Origin: Lobosporangium transversale
Taxonomy: Eukaryota
Assembly: GCF_002105155.1 (NCBI RefSeq)
Contig: NW_019029017.1
Coordinates: 248,001 to 312,000 of the forward strand
Direction: 5' to 3'
Length of the DNA stretch: 64,000 bases
The notes below the pieces were generated by a model that saw only the letters and a program-made list of their open reading frames with translations, made no database searches and was not told the DNA's origin. A program made the translations under genes and the position numbers. How positions within the stretch are numbered: position 1 is the first letter of the stretch; the number at the start of each line of letters is the position of its first letter. Of the stretch, positions 13,242 to 26,187 are shown piece by piece.

Positions 13242-13954
13242 AGAGCCCCTTTCTTTCATTTCTTTCTTTCTTTCTTTCTTTTTTTTTGTTTTTTTTTTTT
13301 TTTTTTATGCGGTGTGCTCGAATAGATAATAAAGCATTCCTATTTCACCATTATAAAATCAATACTCCGTCATGTCGTTTACGCAGATAATCAAATATTG
13401 TTGTCTTTATGGACGCTTTAAAATTTCAGATTGCTCCAACCTTTCAAGACATCGATTTTAACTATGGGTACCTCAATAGGTTGTAGGACATGATAGCTAT
13501 ACTGTCCATAAATAACATGTTCAGTAAGAGTACCATGGAGAATATTAACGACGTGAGCCACAATATAGAAACACCAGCGTCAAGAAACCAAGAACAAGTG
13601 CAGCAAAAAGGAAGTCATATAAAAACCTGCACAGAAACCAATTGGAGATGAATGAAAATCTATTTATTGCATGCTTCTATGGAACAATCAAGTCTTTTTT
13701 TTTCCTTTTTTTTTTATTCAAACAAGACATGCAGGTCAAGGTTTTTAATGTCCATCATATCAGACAGCCGTGACACCTCCGCCATACTGTGCCCAATCGT
13801 TGGATTACGACCAACGGTAGCAGCCTCTATTTCACCAACGACAACAACGACGGCAATTCAAGTGCATGCACAACAAGACGGCTACCATTCCATAAACGTA
13901 AAATATTGGCGTAGGAATAAACCGTAGTTCAGTTCTGGAAAAAGAGTTATCACT

Positions 13955-13989
<35 letters not shown>

Positions 13990-15079
13990 CGCTCTGTTGT
14001 GCTTATTCAGAACCTAACCGAGAATCCGCCAGTATACGAAGGCAGAACTATCACTTACAGGGCTAAGTGGTCGATACATGTAGATTTGAATGTTATGGTA
14101 CTTCGCTTACAAGTGAGGCAAAATCCATTCAAACAAATACTTTAGGTATACAATCAATTGTATACTCTCTTCCACATACAACTACAATACAACACATCAA
14201 TATTCTCCAACCACCATCCCCGCTGCCAATGAACACCCCACTGGACGTGTTAAGAAAAAAAAAAAAAAAAAAAACACAGTGATGGCGATAGCGATATCAA
14301 AGTCTAGGGTACTAGCAATAATATCAGCAGAAGGAGAAGCAATGCTGACTTGATCCCATACTTGATCTGTTTCTCTCATATCAAGAGTTCTTGATACTCT
14401 AATCCAATCAGTTCTGAAGAAATATTCATGGAACAGAAAAATACTTTCTAAACAGCTGTAAGTCAGCTTTTTTATTTTTATTTTGAGTAACCTGATCCGC
14501 CGTTTTTTTACCATTCTCAATGACATTTTCAACGACCATTGCTGCCGTTTTGTAACAGGACTAGAAACCTGTATCTGGTCTTGCCGACTATGTCAAGCTA
14601 AACATCTTATACAATTACCACTACAAGTTGCTGTACCCTAAAATCATAAGAACAAGGATATGGGCATGGACAGGGATGATCAACTATAGAACCCAAAGTG
14701 TCGACTGATAGATCCCTCAAGTTCCTATTATAGGTCTTATATCAGATATGGACTTGTATTATCATAAATACCATTTTCATCGCTACTGCTTGCTTCAAGG
14801 CTGTCAGCTCAAATGTGAATAGGGGAAAGCAGGAAGAGAGAGAGGAAGAGCCGAGAAAAAAAAAAAGTTTGTCGAAGGGACAAAGTTTGATGAGGCTAAA
14901 CAACATCATGGTTCACACGCCTCTGTTTTGTAGACATCGATGAAGATGAACTGCTTTTTTTCCTTTCTTCCTTTTATATTGTTACAGTTATTACAGTAGC
15001 ATTAAGGTTGCTTTCGTTCATAGTTTTCTATCTGTTTTCTTCTATATATTACAAAAAATAAAAATAAAAAAGTCAAAAT

Positions 15080-18000
15080 TTATATCTGACGAGTGATTGG
15101 CGTGGTAGGCGACATCGCATGAATTGTGGAGGAACGAGGTCTTGTCCTGACACGCGACAATAATCCACCACCGTTGCTACCTCTAATGCCACCACCCACG
15201 CTGCTGCTGCTGTTGCGTTTGTTCAAATTTGGCTCTTCGGACGACTGTGCTCGTGTTTGTCCTGCCATGTCAACCCCTTCGGGGAAGGTCATATGATATG
15301 AGAGCTTAATCGCCGGATGTTCCAGAGGCTGAGATGGGTCAATGTTCGATTGGGGATTTTGCTGTTGTTGATGGTGGTGCTTGTGGAAAAAAGGCATTCC
15401 AAATGCTGATGAGCTAGACGCTGTCAAAACGGACGATTGAGATTGCGACATCATCGGATTCATGTACAATGACCTCCCTTCTTGAGGCTGCGAGAGCGTT
15501 TGTTGCTGCTTAGTTGGCGTAGCTGGAGCAGATGGAGACGAATCCAGTGTGTTGAGTGCTTCTTCAGACTTTCGACGGATAAGACGCTTGAAAATATTGC
15601 GGCCAGTTCTCTTAGGAGAATTTGGAGGTACAGGGTGTCCGAAAGGCTGCAAATACCGACTATCCTCTGTCGACTCATCTACATCTATTCCAAAAGACAG
15701 TCCTTGATGATCATTCAAATGCTGCTGCTGCTGTTGTTGTTGTTCGAAAGGGCTATCATTACATTGGGGCTCCTCAATACGAGGATTCGATGGGGCAATA
15801 TCCTGGTTTCTGTTCACCGTTGTGGTATCATTGATACATCGTATCATCGGCTGATCCGCATTGCCAGAAGTGATTCTCCTATCTGAGATATCTATAGGAT
15901 CTTGTGGCCCCGAAAGGATTGATTCATGCTCCTTTACGACAATTTGATCCTTGACTGACATTCCAAAGGAATTATCACTACATGGTGTTGGGATTGGCAT
16001 CCCAGTTGGGATTTCTTCGCCATTGCTGGCAATAGGCAAGGGCTCGGGCAGAGTACCTGTTTCAGGCGGCGGCATTGAATTGCTCTTCGCTAATGAGATG
16101 ATCTGTGGATTAAGGGGAAGTGTAGATGACAGGCTGACATCATGAGGTGGTAAATCGTTTCCACATGTTTTGCTGTGGAATTTAATGTCATCCATGTCAT
16201 CCCCATTATTTCGTCGCTTATTCTGCGAAAGATCCATATCAATGATTTGTCGAACCGCCGCTGCCTCCCGGTTCAGCATGGAATGCATTCGTACGGGAGT
16301 CGGATATTCACCAATGTATCCCGGGCGAGCATGTAGAGCTTCTTTTCGAGGATCTACGTCGATCGCCACAGCCTTGCCCATAATGGACTGTGTTGGAGGC
16401 AATGACGCGCTTTCCAACAATGGAGCAAGGCCTGCTTCTAACTTTGCAGTCTCGCTTTGAAGAGATCGGCTGCTCTCTTGAGATGAACGTCGTTGCTGCA
16501 TGGCAGTGAAAGAAGTATACTCGTCAACTCCACTAGGCTGCGCAAATGTACCATCTCCGTCAATGGCAGTGCTGGTAACTCGACCCATTGCAATTCCAAC
16601 TTTTCCCACAGCCCCAAAGTTGCTGCAAGAATCAGGACCGCCTGTAGGATATCCCTGATGCGATGGTGCAGTAGGAGGAGTAGCGTTGCTGCTCTTCCTT
16701 TTGGCCTTGTGGCTCAAGGACGAAAGAATGCTTCTAAAAGAACTCGGGTGACTCAGGTGCTGTGCATCCTTAGGGACATTGGACTGAGAAGAGGAAGTAG
16801 TCGATGATGTGATTGAGAAAGAGTCGCTTTTGTTTCGAGTCCTTTCTCCAGTGACTGTGCTGCTAGTCGAGGTGTTATCTGTTGAAGAGACAACGATGGA
16901 GCTGAAATCCGACTCATCGTCCAAATCATCACGTCTGAATTCCTTTCGCAATGGGGACGCCGGCGTGACACCTATACCATGCGGATACATAGTATACCCA
17001 ACAGGCGAGATTGAAGGTGGGTGATTAATACTATGTCTCCGCGGCCTGTTAGAGGCAGGGCTACCTAATTTTCCATTGACAATAGCACTCGATGTGAACT
17101 GTGGTTGAGGAAGACGGTTGTCATCCATGGATGCCCGCCCTACCGTACGCAAAAAGAAATAAAGTAAACAAAGCATGTCAGTATTCTCTTCAAAAAATAA
17201 AAAAGTAAAAAATAAAAAAAATAAAAAAATATAGAAAAAAAGAAAAGATACAGATACAGATAATTGCCATACCTTGAGGTTCACTCCTAAAAGAGCCTTC
17301 AGAGCATAGTGAAGACGATTCAGCATGGCCAAGGTGAGGTATTGGCTTCTGTAGCACAATTAGAGGCGCTTTTGCTACACCTCCAATTCGGGCATGGCTA
17401 GAGTGGCCAGAGGTAGCTGGCTCACTTACATCCTTTGGAAGTTGCTTGTCTCTCATCACATCGTGCTCGTCAGATTGCCGTACATGGTCACTGTAACCAT
17501 TACTGCCCGTAGAGCTGTCGTAGCCGTCCGTCAAAAGGCTAGATTGGCTGGGATTTTCAGATCCTGATAGAGCGTGCTTCTGTTGTAACAACTGTTGCCC
17601 TAAAGAACCACTAGCATCACCAAGTGGCACAGAAAGATCTTCCTTAGATGGCCCGCCATCTCCATGAGACTGGGTTCGAAGTTTGCGGAAAGCAGAACTG
17701 ATGTTTATCAAGGAGGGGTTCTGCGTATGTGTATTAGATGTAGTCATGCTCCGCATGCCATTGGCTTGATTGAGTTGTGAGTCCTCTGCACTAAAAAGGC
17801 TGGCAGCATAGACTGACGAGGCGGGAGAGTCTTCTCCTTTGATGCGAAGAAGGTCATAGCTTTCGTGCAACGAATCGACATCAGAGTTAGTAGTGGTTCT
17901 AGCGGTTGTCGGCACACCTTCAACACTTGTAGGACTGTCTTGTGGCTCTCCCTGTGCTAATTCCCCTTCATACATAGTGGAAGAAAGGTTTGGTGTCGAT

Positions 18001-20836
18001 CCAAATTTCATGCGTTGAAGCAATTCTGCAGCTGCTGATGTGGAGGACATGAGCCCAAGCGGTCCATAGGGCGATCCTTGTGTAACTCGGCTGTCGCCTT
18101 CGCCATCTTCCATAAGTTCAGGACCATCTTCATGATCGTCCTCTATAAGCGTGTCAAACCCGCTTCGGTCGCTTGAACCAGTTCCTGTTGTCGGAAGAGA
18201 GGGCCCAGAGTGTGTCCCTTTCGTATGCTTCTTCATAAATCCTTGGAACATCTTGCTTAGCGAAAACTTGTCTCTAGATGAAGGTGAGTCATTCGTAGAG
18301 TGGCTACTGTTGGATGGCTGCGCTACACTCTCACTCAAAATGTTATTTCCTGTATAAGTCGATCCAGTATCTCCCGAGTCCTTTGAGTACACAGAGGACT
18401 TATCGGCATCCGTAGCCTTTTCAGGGTTCTTGTTCTTTTCTTTATGTTTCTTCTTGTCCTTGGTATTCAATTTACCACCTTCAAGTACCGACGGTTCGTA
18501 CTCTGAAATGCCATACTGTGACCAATGATCCTCTACTGTTCGAGTTGTATCCATAGCAGGGAAGGGGTTGGAATCTGATATATTTCCTGTAGTAGACCCT
18601 GTCGAATACGAAAAGGAAATATTGGGATCCATGGATCCACTGCGGCCACGCGTGGTCTCAGTTGTCTTTCTGTGATGTAACTTACTATTGTTGTTCGTTC
18701 CATAACTAAAGCCTTCATGGCCTTGCCTACCAACCCCAGATTCAGCACTAGGCCTTCCTCCATGATTCCCAGGTACATGCAACGTTCTGACTGATGCAGC
18801 ATCAGTGGCGTCAGTCGTTTGTTGTTGTCCTGATCGATATACTCCGGGACGCAGAGTATCACCATCATAAAGACTACCAGCCTTACTCTGGTTATCGTAC
18901 GTATGATTTAGTTGCGTGGGCTCATCAGTCAAAGAGACATGTGGTCTATCATTGCCAATATTCATGTAGAGATCTGCGACAGACATAGTTTCCGTTCGAT
19001 GGCGTGAATCGCTTGGAATTTCGATCGCTGACCGAGGGGTATTGCTGACTTCTGCCAAGTTGATGGTCGCTGCACGCGTCCCTGGGCTATGAGATCGTTT
19101 GAGTGGCTGTGCTTTGGATGTTTGCTGTGAAGTCGCGGCAGTATCTGCAGTCTCGCCTCCAGGCAAAATTTCTTCACCAAAGATACCGCCCACACCTTCT
19201 GAATCAGAAAAGGGGACATCGTCCATGTTAGGAAGCACCATAGTCTCAGCGATAGCCTCAAGCATCTTATTTTCAATCGCCTTGATGATCAGGTTTGACT
19301 TTATGTGCTTGTCAGACACGACCGGCTCGATCTTCATCTCCACTTGCGGCTTTTGATAAAAACCATACCAAAGCCTGTTACAGGGTGGAGGCTTAATCCA
19401 GACCTGCATACGCCCTTCCAGCCTTATGAGAGTTATTGCAAGGACTAATGAGACTTTGATCGGTTGAATCTTCTTTGTCACTGTCACTATAGCCTCTGCC
19501 TCAACCTCGGCCCTAAATCCACCCTGATATAGAAGACTCATATCCATGATCAGATCACCATTAGGTTTCAGTGTCAAAAGCTTAGGTCGAGTGATCATGG
19601 GCACACCATCACCGAGATGAACAGACTTCATTCGTATATCGTTCAGAAAGTTTGGCAGACGAACACGCGTCAACTTATCGACCAGCTTTTGAAAGACCAT
19701 GTCCTTGACCTGGGGTGTCTTATAGACTCCCAAGAAGATCCTACCTAGGACTGCGTTGAGCCATGCTGCCTGAAATTGATGCTCGTTCGAGTGGATGGTC
19801 CGTATCAGGGTGTTCATGGCTGATTTGTCGAACAAGGTTGAGTCCTGGATTCCATCCCCAGAAAATGTGTCAAAGCAATTATGGAATAATCATGTCAATG
19901 ATCTCGTACTATTTGAACATATTGTTCTCAGCTCTGCTAAATTTGTCTCAGTTCTATTGAAATATTCCTTACCCTCTTTGGAATCTCCCTCAGACACGAT
20001 TGCGAATGAAGCTTCAACTTGGAGCATCGCAGCAGAGTAAAGTAGAGATCCTCTTTATCCACTGAGTTAACCATCGACAAATAGTAATCTTTAGAGGACA
20101 ATGGATTAGAATCTGAGCTAGCAGTAGAGTGCCGTGTATGGTTGGGGTTGGGCTGATATTTTAGCCAGATAGGGTTCCGTTTTGAGTAGATATGGCTGTC
20201 TTTCTGGTTCCCCGGTACGGAGACCTGATAATGAGGGAGAGTAATGATACCAAGGCACTCACTCATGTGTTCGTTTTCATAAATGAACATGGTTGTACCC
20301 TTGATAACAGCATATTTTGAGTCCTTGAACCGCGCTTGTAGAGATGGGGGTAGCGTCAGATGGGGGTTATATGAATCAAAATAGGTAAATCGGGGATCCT
20401 GTGCAGCTGCTCCAGTCATATCATCCATCAGACCGTTGGGTCCTGCTCCCTTCTTCCTACTGTCCTTTTTAAAGGATGGTTCAATAACACGGTGATCTAC
20501 TTCGGGTATACGTTTGACTGAGATCCAGCCTGCGAATTGGTATCGAGGATCCAAATGTTCGGGTATTAATCCTACTCCATTAGTTGCATTGGCAAAACCT
20601 ATACCGTTGACGTCCCCCTGCTGCTGCTGTCGTGAAGCAAAGTATGAAGCGTAGAGAGCTGAAGGCATATCATCAAGATCATACTCTTGTTCTTTTTCCT
20701 TGCGTTTTTCATATTCAAGTTGCTCCTCCCGCTGCTCTGTATATGACGGCGAATAGTTGAAGAAGTAATAAAGCCCAGCCAAGATACTGGATGGGATAAA
20801 AAGCAACCCACATAGAAAGCCGAACCAAAAGCCCAT
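15080..20836 (-). CDS. Nvj2/TEX2-like ER membrane contact-site lipid transfer protein (TM + PH-like + SMP + long disordered tail), 3 exons
   Basis: N-terminal TM (FWFGFLCGLL); PH-like YAVIKGTTMFIYE...DKEDLYFTL; SMP WLNAVLGRIF...LEGRMQVWIKPPPCNRLWYGF...ETMVLPNMDD. In-frame GT-AG introns at ~19972-19855 and ~17272-17140. Confidence 0.85.
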
Positions 20837-21757
20837 GACGATGATAGAATTGTGATCTGCAATATGTGATGTAGTTGCAGAGGATATGTAGGGCTGTCGG
20901 AGAGGCCAAGCTCACAGGCGCAATGAAAAGTGGATGATTTAGACTGGAAGAATGATGAAAGAAAGATAGAGGAAGGGAAACAAGATTTGTGAGTGAACGA
21001 GTTGAGAGAGCATGCATTCGTAAGTGACAATCATAAAAAAGAGGGATATCAAAGAAGAAGAAAAAAAGGAGGAGGATGAGCAGGTGAACAAGAATATGAC
21101 ATAAACAAAAAATAATAGGGTATCAATTGGTACAGGAACAGAATGAGAAAAAAGGGTCAGGCCACATGCACTTGGACCGACCAATGTTTGCTGCTGTTCG
21201 CTTGTCTGATCATCGCTCAGAAGCACAGGCAGCTGAAGTCGAAGAGTTGCTTGATCCGTTGGAAGCAGGGGGTGTTGTGCAGAAAGAAAGTCAAGCTAAA
21301 TTACTAGCAGTTTCCCAAAAGCATTTAAAATGAACACATGCATAAAAAGGAAGGAGTGGGACAATGGCAACAACAGATCATGCTATTCATGCTATTATCA
21401 TTTTTAAATCGACTCTACTCTAAATAAAGGCGATAAATGTAGCCAGAACAATGTCGCCTGCTCAGGACACCCCCTTGCTCGTTCGCTCGCAACTGAACGA
21501 ATGAAAGAAAGAGAAAAAGAGAGAAAACTATGATAATAATAAATAATATTGATGCATAAAAGTTGAGCAGTACTTCGTCCTAAATTAATTCGAACAAGAA
21601 TTCTAACAAATCAAATCGCGTGAGCAACAGTGGTTGTTCAAAGAGATTGGGATGGTGGCGCTGAAACATCTATCCCTGTGGAAGATGAAAGAGGGATGAT
21701 CATGGATGGGATCAAAGGGATGGCAACACGGAACATACCCTGTATGGACAGCTTACG

Positions 21758-21789
<32 letters not shown>

Positions 21790-23271
21790 CACACACACAA
21801 AATAACCTGGGGATTCTTTGAAAAGAAGAGACACTGGTGGATGAACTCTGAGAAAAGTGTATCCAAGTATGCAACACGTTAGATTGATGATCAGAGAAAA
21901 TATCAGATAAACATTGAAGGAAACGAGGAAGGGGACATGAAGTTAGGAAATATGTCAAACGGTCAAATGCTGAAAGAGAGAGAAGGGTTGGATGAATAAT
22001 GAATGAAATAAATGGTTAGATGAATGAAACGATGTATGAATGGAGAGATGAAAAGATGAGGATTAAGTATCGAAAGAAGAAAAAGAAGAAGAAGAAGAAG
22101 AAAAGGCGAGTAATGTGTTTGAATGAAAGAAGGAAGGAAGGAAGAGGAGCAGTGGTGAGGATGGAAGAAGGCGAATGGAGAGACAAAGGAAAGATTGAAT
22201 CAAACAGCTTGTTCAGAAAGGCAAACATTTTGGAAGCAAGAAACATTTAATGTTTTATATCCAATTATCCAATTGTCACATGTATTTATTTTATTTTTTT
22301 GGACATTTGGCATAGAGTTCAGTGTCTGTGTTTTGTCGAAACCTTTGTCTTGGACGTCCACCCATTTTCATGACTTTGTGATGATGTTCCATAATTATGG
22401 TGAATACGTCCCCTTGCTATCCTTTACTTTTTCCAAGTGAAATAAGGATAAAAAGAAAAACCTTTGGCTTTTTAGTTAAGACAACAGAAGACAAGCTGCC
22501 AACCGTTGCTGCACTTCAGACCGGACGATCCATTGCAAAAAAAAAAAAATTTGCAATTGACACAGTATTGCTAAAAAATTTTCTTGCATAAACTTGACAA
22601 CCATGCATCAAGATGGGTTCACCCATCATCTCTCCCTTCCATTCCTTCCATTACAATTTTTTTTTTCTTTCTTGTCATTTCTCTCCTTTACATCGTATAT
22701 CATCCCTAATATACCCCATCTATTCCATTTATATATTTTTTTCCTCTCTTGTTGCTTTGCTTTTTCATCTGTTGTATCCAAAGTGTCTAAAAAAAAGGCT
22801 CCTTTTCCTCTCAACAGAGTCAAGCAAACTGCTCTTGTGTTCCTTCCATTCCTTCTCTCCTTTCCTTCCTCAACTGACATCTGTCAAAGGACACCCCTGT
22901 ATCATTCAAGATAGCTTCAGTATTTCTTTTTTTCCTACCGAATAAGCAACTGCGACCCTGGCCCGTGACCCATCTGCCAACCCCCATCACCCCTCTCTTT
23001 TATCTCCTTTTCTTTTTTATCCTTTTACTTTTTTACTTGGAGTAATCTTTTGCGACGACAGGGCCTTTTTTTTTTTTGTCCCCTCCCGTCTTCCCTTTCT
23101 TTTTCTCTCTCTCTCTCTTTCTTTTTTTTTTTTTTTTTTTTTTTTTTTCTTTTCTTTTTTTTCTTCCTTTCTAGAATCAACGTACCAAACTAATCCAGCC
23201 TTATCAACCCAAACTCATTCTGGACAAAATCAAACCATAATAGCCAGAGTCACAAACATAGTCGCTTTATA

Positions 23272-23658
23272 ATGGCCGACACTCACACATCAGTTGCTTC
23301 GACTATCCCACCAGGAGGGACTATCGACGCCGACACAGTTGCTCTGACTTTACTTCTTGTCTCCGGGTCACGCTCAACGTTCATGTTCAGAGGTGGAGAT
23401 ACTATTGAGACGGTCAAGAATAAGGTCTATGAGAACTGGCCCAAGGAGTGGCAGGAAGAGAAACCAGCATCACCTCAAAGCTTAAAGATCCTGTATCTGG
23501 GCAAATTCCTTGCGGATAACTCCACACTTGAATCAAACAAGATCCAACCTGGTGCCACAACGATAGTCCACCTCACCATCAAGGCACTAGAACAGGAGTT
23601 GCATGGACATTCCAAATTGGATCCAGATGCAAAATGCAAATTCTGTCTCATTCTTTAA
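23272..23658 (+). CDS. UBL3: Membrane-anchored ubiquitin-fold protein (UBL3/MUB) with CaaX box
   Basis: 128 aa. LLLVSGSR..F....TIETVK....WPKEW, LKILYLGKFL.D..TL, TTIVHL. Ends in CKFCLIL (CaaX plus upstream Cys). Confidence 0.88.
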   Translation: MADTHTSVASTIPPGGTIDADTVALTLLLVSGSRSTFMFRGGDTIETVKNKVYENWPKEWQEEKPASPQSLKILYLGKFLADNSTLESNKIQPGATTIVHLTIKALEQELHGHSKLDPDAKCKFCLIL

Positions 23659-24872
23659 AAAAAAAAATCTTTTTACTATTCTCTATTTGTATATTCAATT
23701 GGATACGCTTTTTGCCACACACACACACACACACACATACTGCTTACGTCTACAGTTCTTGTATTGCCCACCTTTTGTCCTTTTGTCCTTTTGTCCTGAG
23801 TGACTACAGCACCATGGTATCTCATAATGCATTCGATTGACTGGGCTACCGCCCCTTTTTTCCCATCTACCTCTCTCACACCACAAACATTCTCTCTTTA
23901 ATAAAACATCAATTATGGACTTAAGGGGCCCTCTGCCAAAACCTTTGTATAATATTTATTTGCCTAATATCATCCTCAACGGACCAAAAAGCTACTATCA
24001 TTCATCGTCTTTGTCTTCGTCTTGTCCCGACCTGATGGCTTTTTTTTTTTCTTTTTCTTTTTTTTTTTTTGCTGGTAACATTCTGATACGACCTTAGGAC
24101 CTTAAGGCTGAAGGAAGATTAAGAAAAGATGAGGGAAGCCCAATGTTAGGATGCTAAATATACTACATTTACTATAACTGTGAAAAGAAAAGAAAGAAAA
24201 AGTTGCTTATTACACTGTGTAACACGCACACACAACAACAACAAAAAAAAAAAAAAGTTTACTATTCCTTGGAAATGAATGTTCGCAGGAAGACGAACGC
24301 TGAACTGTTTATTTGGATGTATTGGACATGTGAAAAAAAAAAAAAAAAAAAAAAACTTTTGAGGATATATTTGTATACTCCATCTTTGGTTATACTTACT
24401 TCCCATTACTTTCCAGACAAAGGAAACACAGCGTTTCTGTTCTTGATTTTTTTTTTTTTTTTTTTTTTTTATGTAATAAACCTTTGGACGTTACCATGTC
24501 TAGTTGTCCCGATATTGATGACAAATGTCACACTCAGTGAGCACAAAAAGTAAAAAGTAAAAAGTAAAAAAGGTCATATCCGAGACACGAAAAGGGTTTA
24601 TCACCACCACCTTCTGGATTAGAAATACTTCAAGCTTATTATTATTTTAGGTATATGGCTATGTACAGGGCGAAAAATGGGGAGAATTACAGGCAGGTCC
24701 CCACCCCCCACCAATCCCCAAAAGGGAAGGTAAGGAGAGAACTAACTTTCTATCTCTTTCTACACTATGTGGAAAAAAAAAAAAAAAAAAAAAAAGGTGC
24801 GCATGTGGAATAACTTCAGAATTACAAATAAATCCGTATGTGAGAATATGAATCGGGTGTTTGAAACAATAG

Positions 24873-26187
24873 CTAATAGTGCTTCGTAAGGGTCCTTAAA
24901 GCCGAATGAAGTAATCTCAACGCGGAACCGCGCTCGGATCGGATACCTTTCCTTGAAGCAAGCACGGCGGTCTTATCAATCTGCGTTACTGTCCCTGATG
25001 AAATCATCATTGGAGTTTCTTTGATTGTGGCCATAGTCTTGGGAAATGCCACCAGTGCTAATGCAGATGAACCCCTATCATCTACAGATGACGCAACAGA
25101 GGCTGTCGACATTGACACGACAGAAATGGTCATGAATGAAGGAGAATAACATGTCTCGGACCCAGTACTGTATTCGCGCCATGGGGATTCGCCAACGCTA
25201 ATTCGTCGTGGGTAGCGAGGCCGCAGTTTTTCTTCTTCTTGTTGTTGTTGTTGTTCAGCTTTTTGGACCGAATCAGGATGCTGTGCTTGTGCCGCGGCTG
25301 CGGCTTGTACACGATGAATTTGCTCAAGTAGCTTTATCCGCTGCTGATATTCAAAGACTTCATCCCAAAGCTCGTCAATGCTCTTTCCTGGACCTGGTAT
25401 ATAAAATAAAAAAAGCGCACACGTGGGATATTTAGTTTAATTGCTTCTGAGACATGACTTAAAAATTTGCTGATGGAAATGCTAAATTTGGACCTCTTCC
25501 CCCGGATGTAATGACTCTTCAGGTTGTACAAGCTGAATGAGTCTACCGAAAAGTTTAAAAAAAAAAAAAAAAAAAAAAAAGAAAGCTTACCATGATCTAC
25601 AATCTCCCATGCGTCGCCACGAGGAGAGGAAACACTTGTTCCGTAAGACGACAACATAAGATCGTCACTAAGAGATCCCTCACCACTGTAGTTTTTGGGA
25701 TGCAACCAATTGAAACGCTTAAGTCTGGCATCACTTACGCCAGAATCATGGAATGACTGTAGATATTCTGGGAGATAAGTCGCATCATCTCCATCAGCGT
25801 CTATTATTGTAGATATATGCGTGGGAGGGTTTGTGTGCAGAGAGACAAGATGCATGAGAAAGGCGGGAAAGCCGTGGCGGTGTCCAAAGGATGTATGGCA
25901 ATATTAGTACAAGTTCATGGAAAAAGATGCACGGCCGTTGGGATGAATTTTTATGATAAAAATAAAAAAAAAAAAAAAAAAAAAAAAAAGCTGATCTGTG
26001 GATAGTATAATGAGCGAAATGTTCCATGGTGCTGATCGGAAAAGTTGTCTTTTTTACCTTGGTCGTGTAGAATACCATCAGTGACTTCTGGCTCACGATG
26101 GAAAGAGGTAGCGATCGGAATACTAATGGGTTTAACGAGATCAAAATAAGAACCCATAGTATTGGTGGGCAGGATGGGATATGCCAT
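24873..26187 (-). CDS. Hypothetical protein, ~285 aa, 3 exons
   Basis: Phase-consistent GT-AG introns (~26057-25801 and ~25590-25394) join MAYPILP...HDQ, DADGDDATY...WEIVDH and GPGKSIDELWDEVFEYQQRIK...LTKHY into one ORF. No recognisable domain. Confidence 0.6.
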
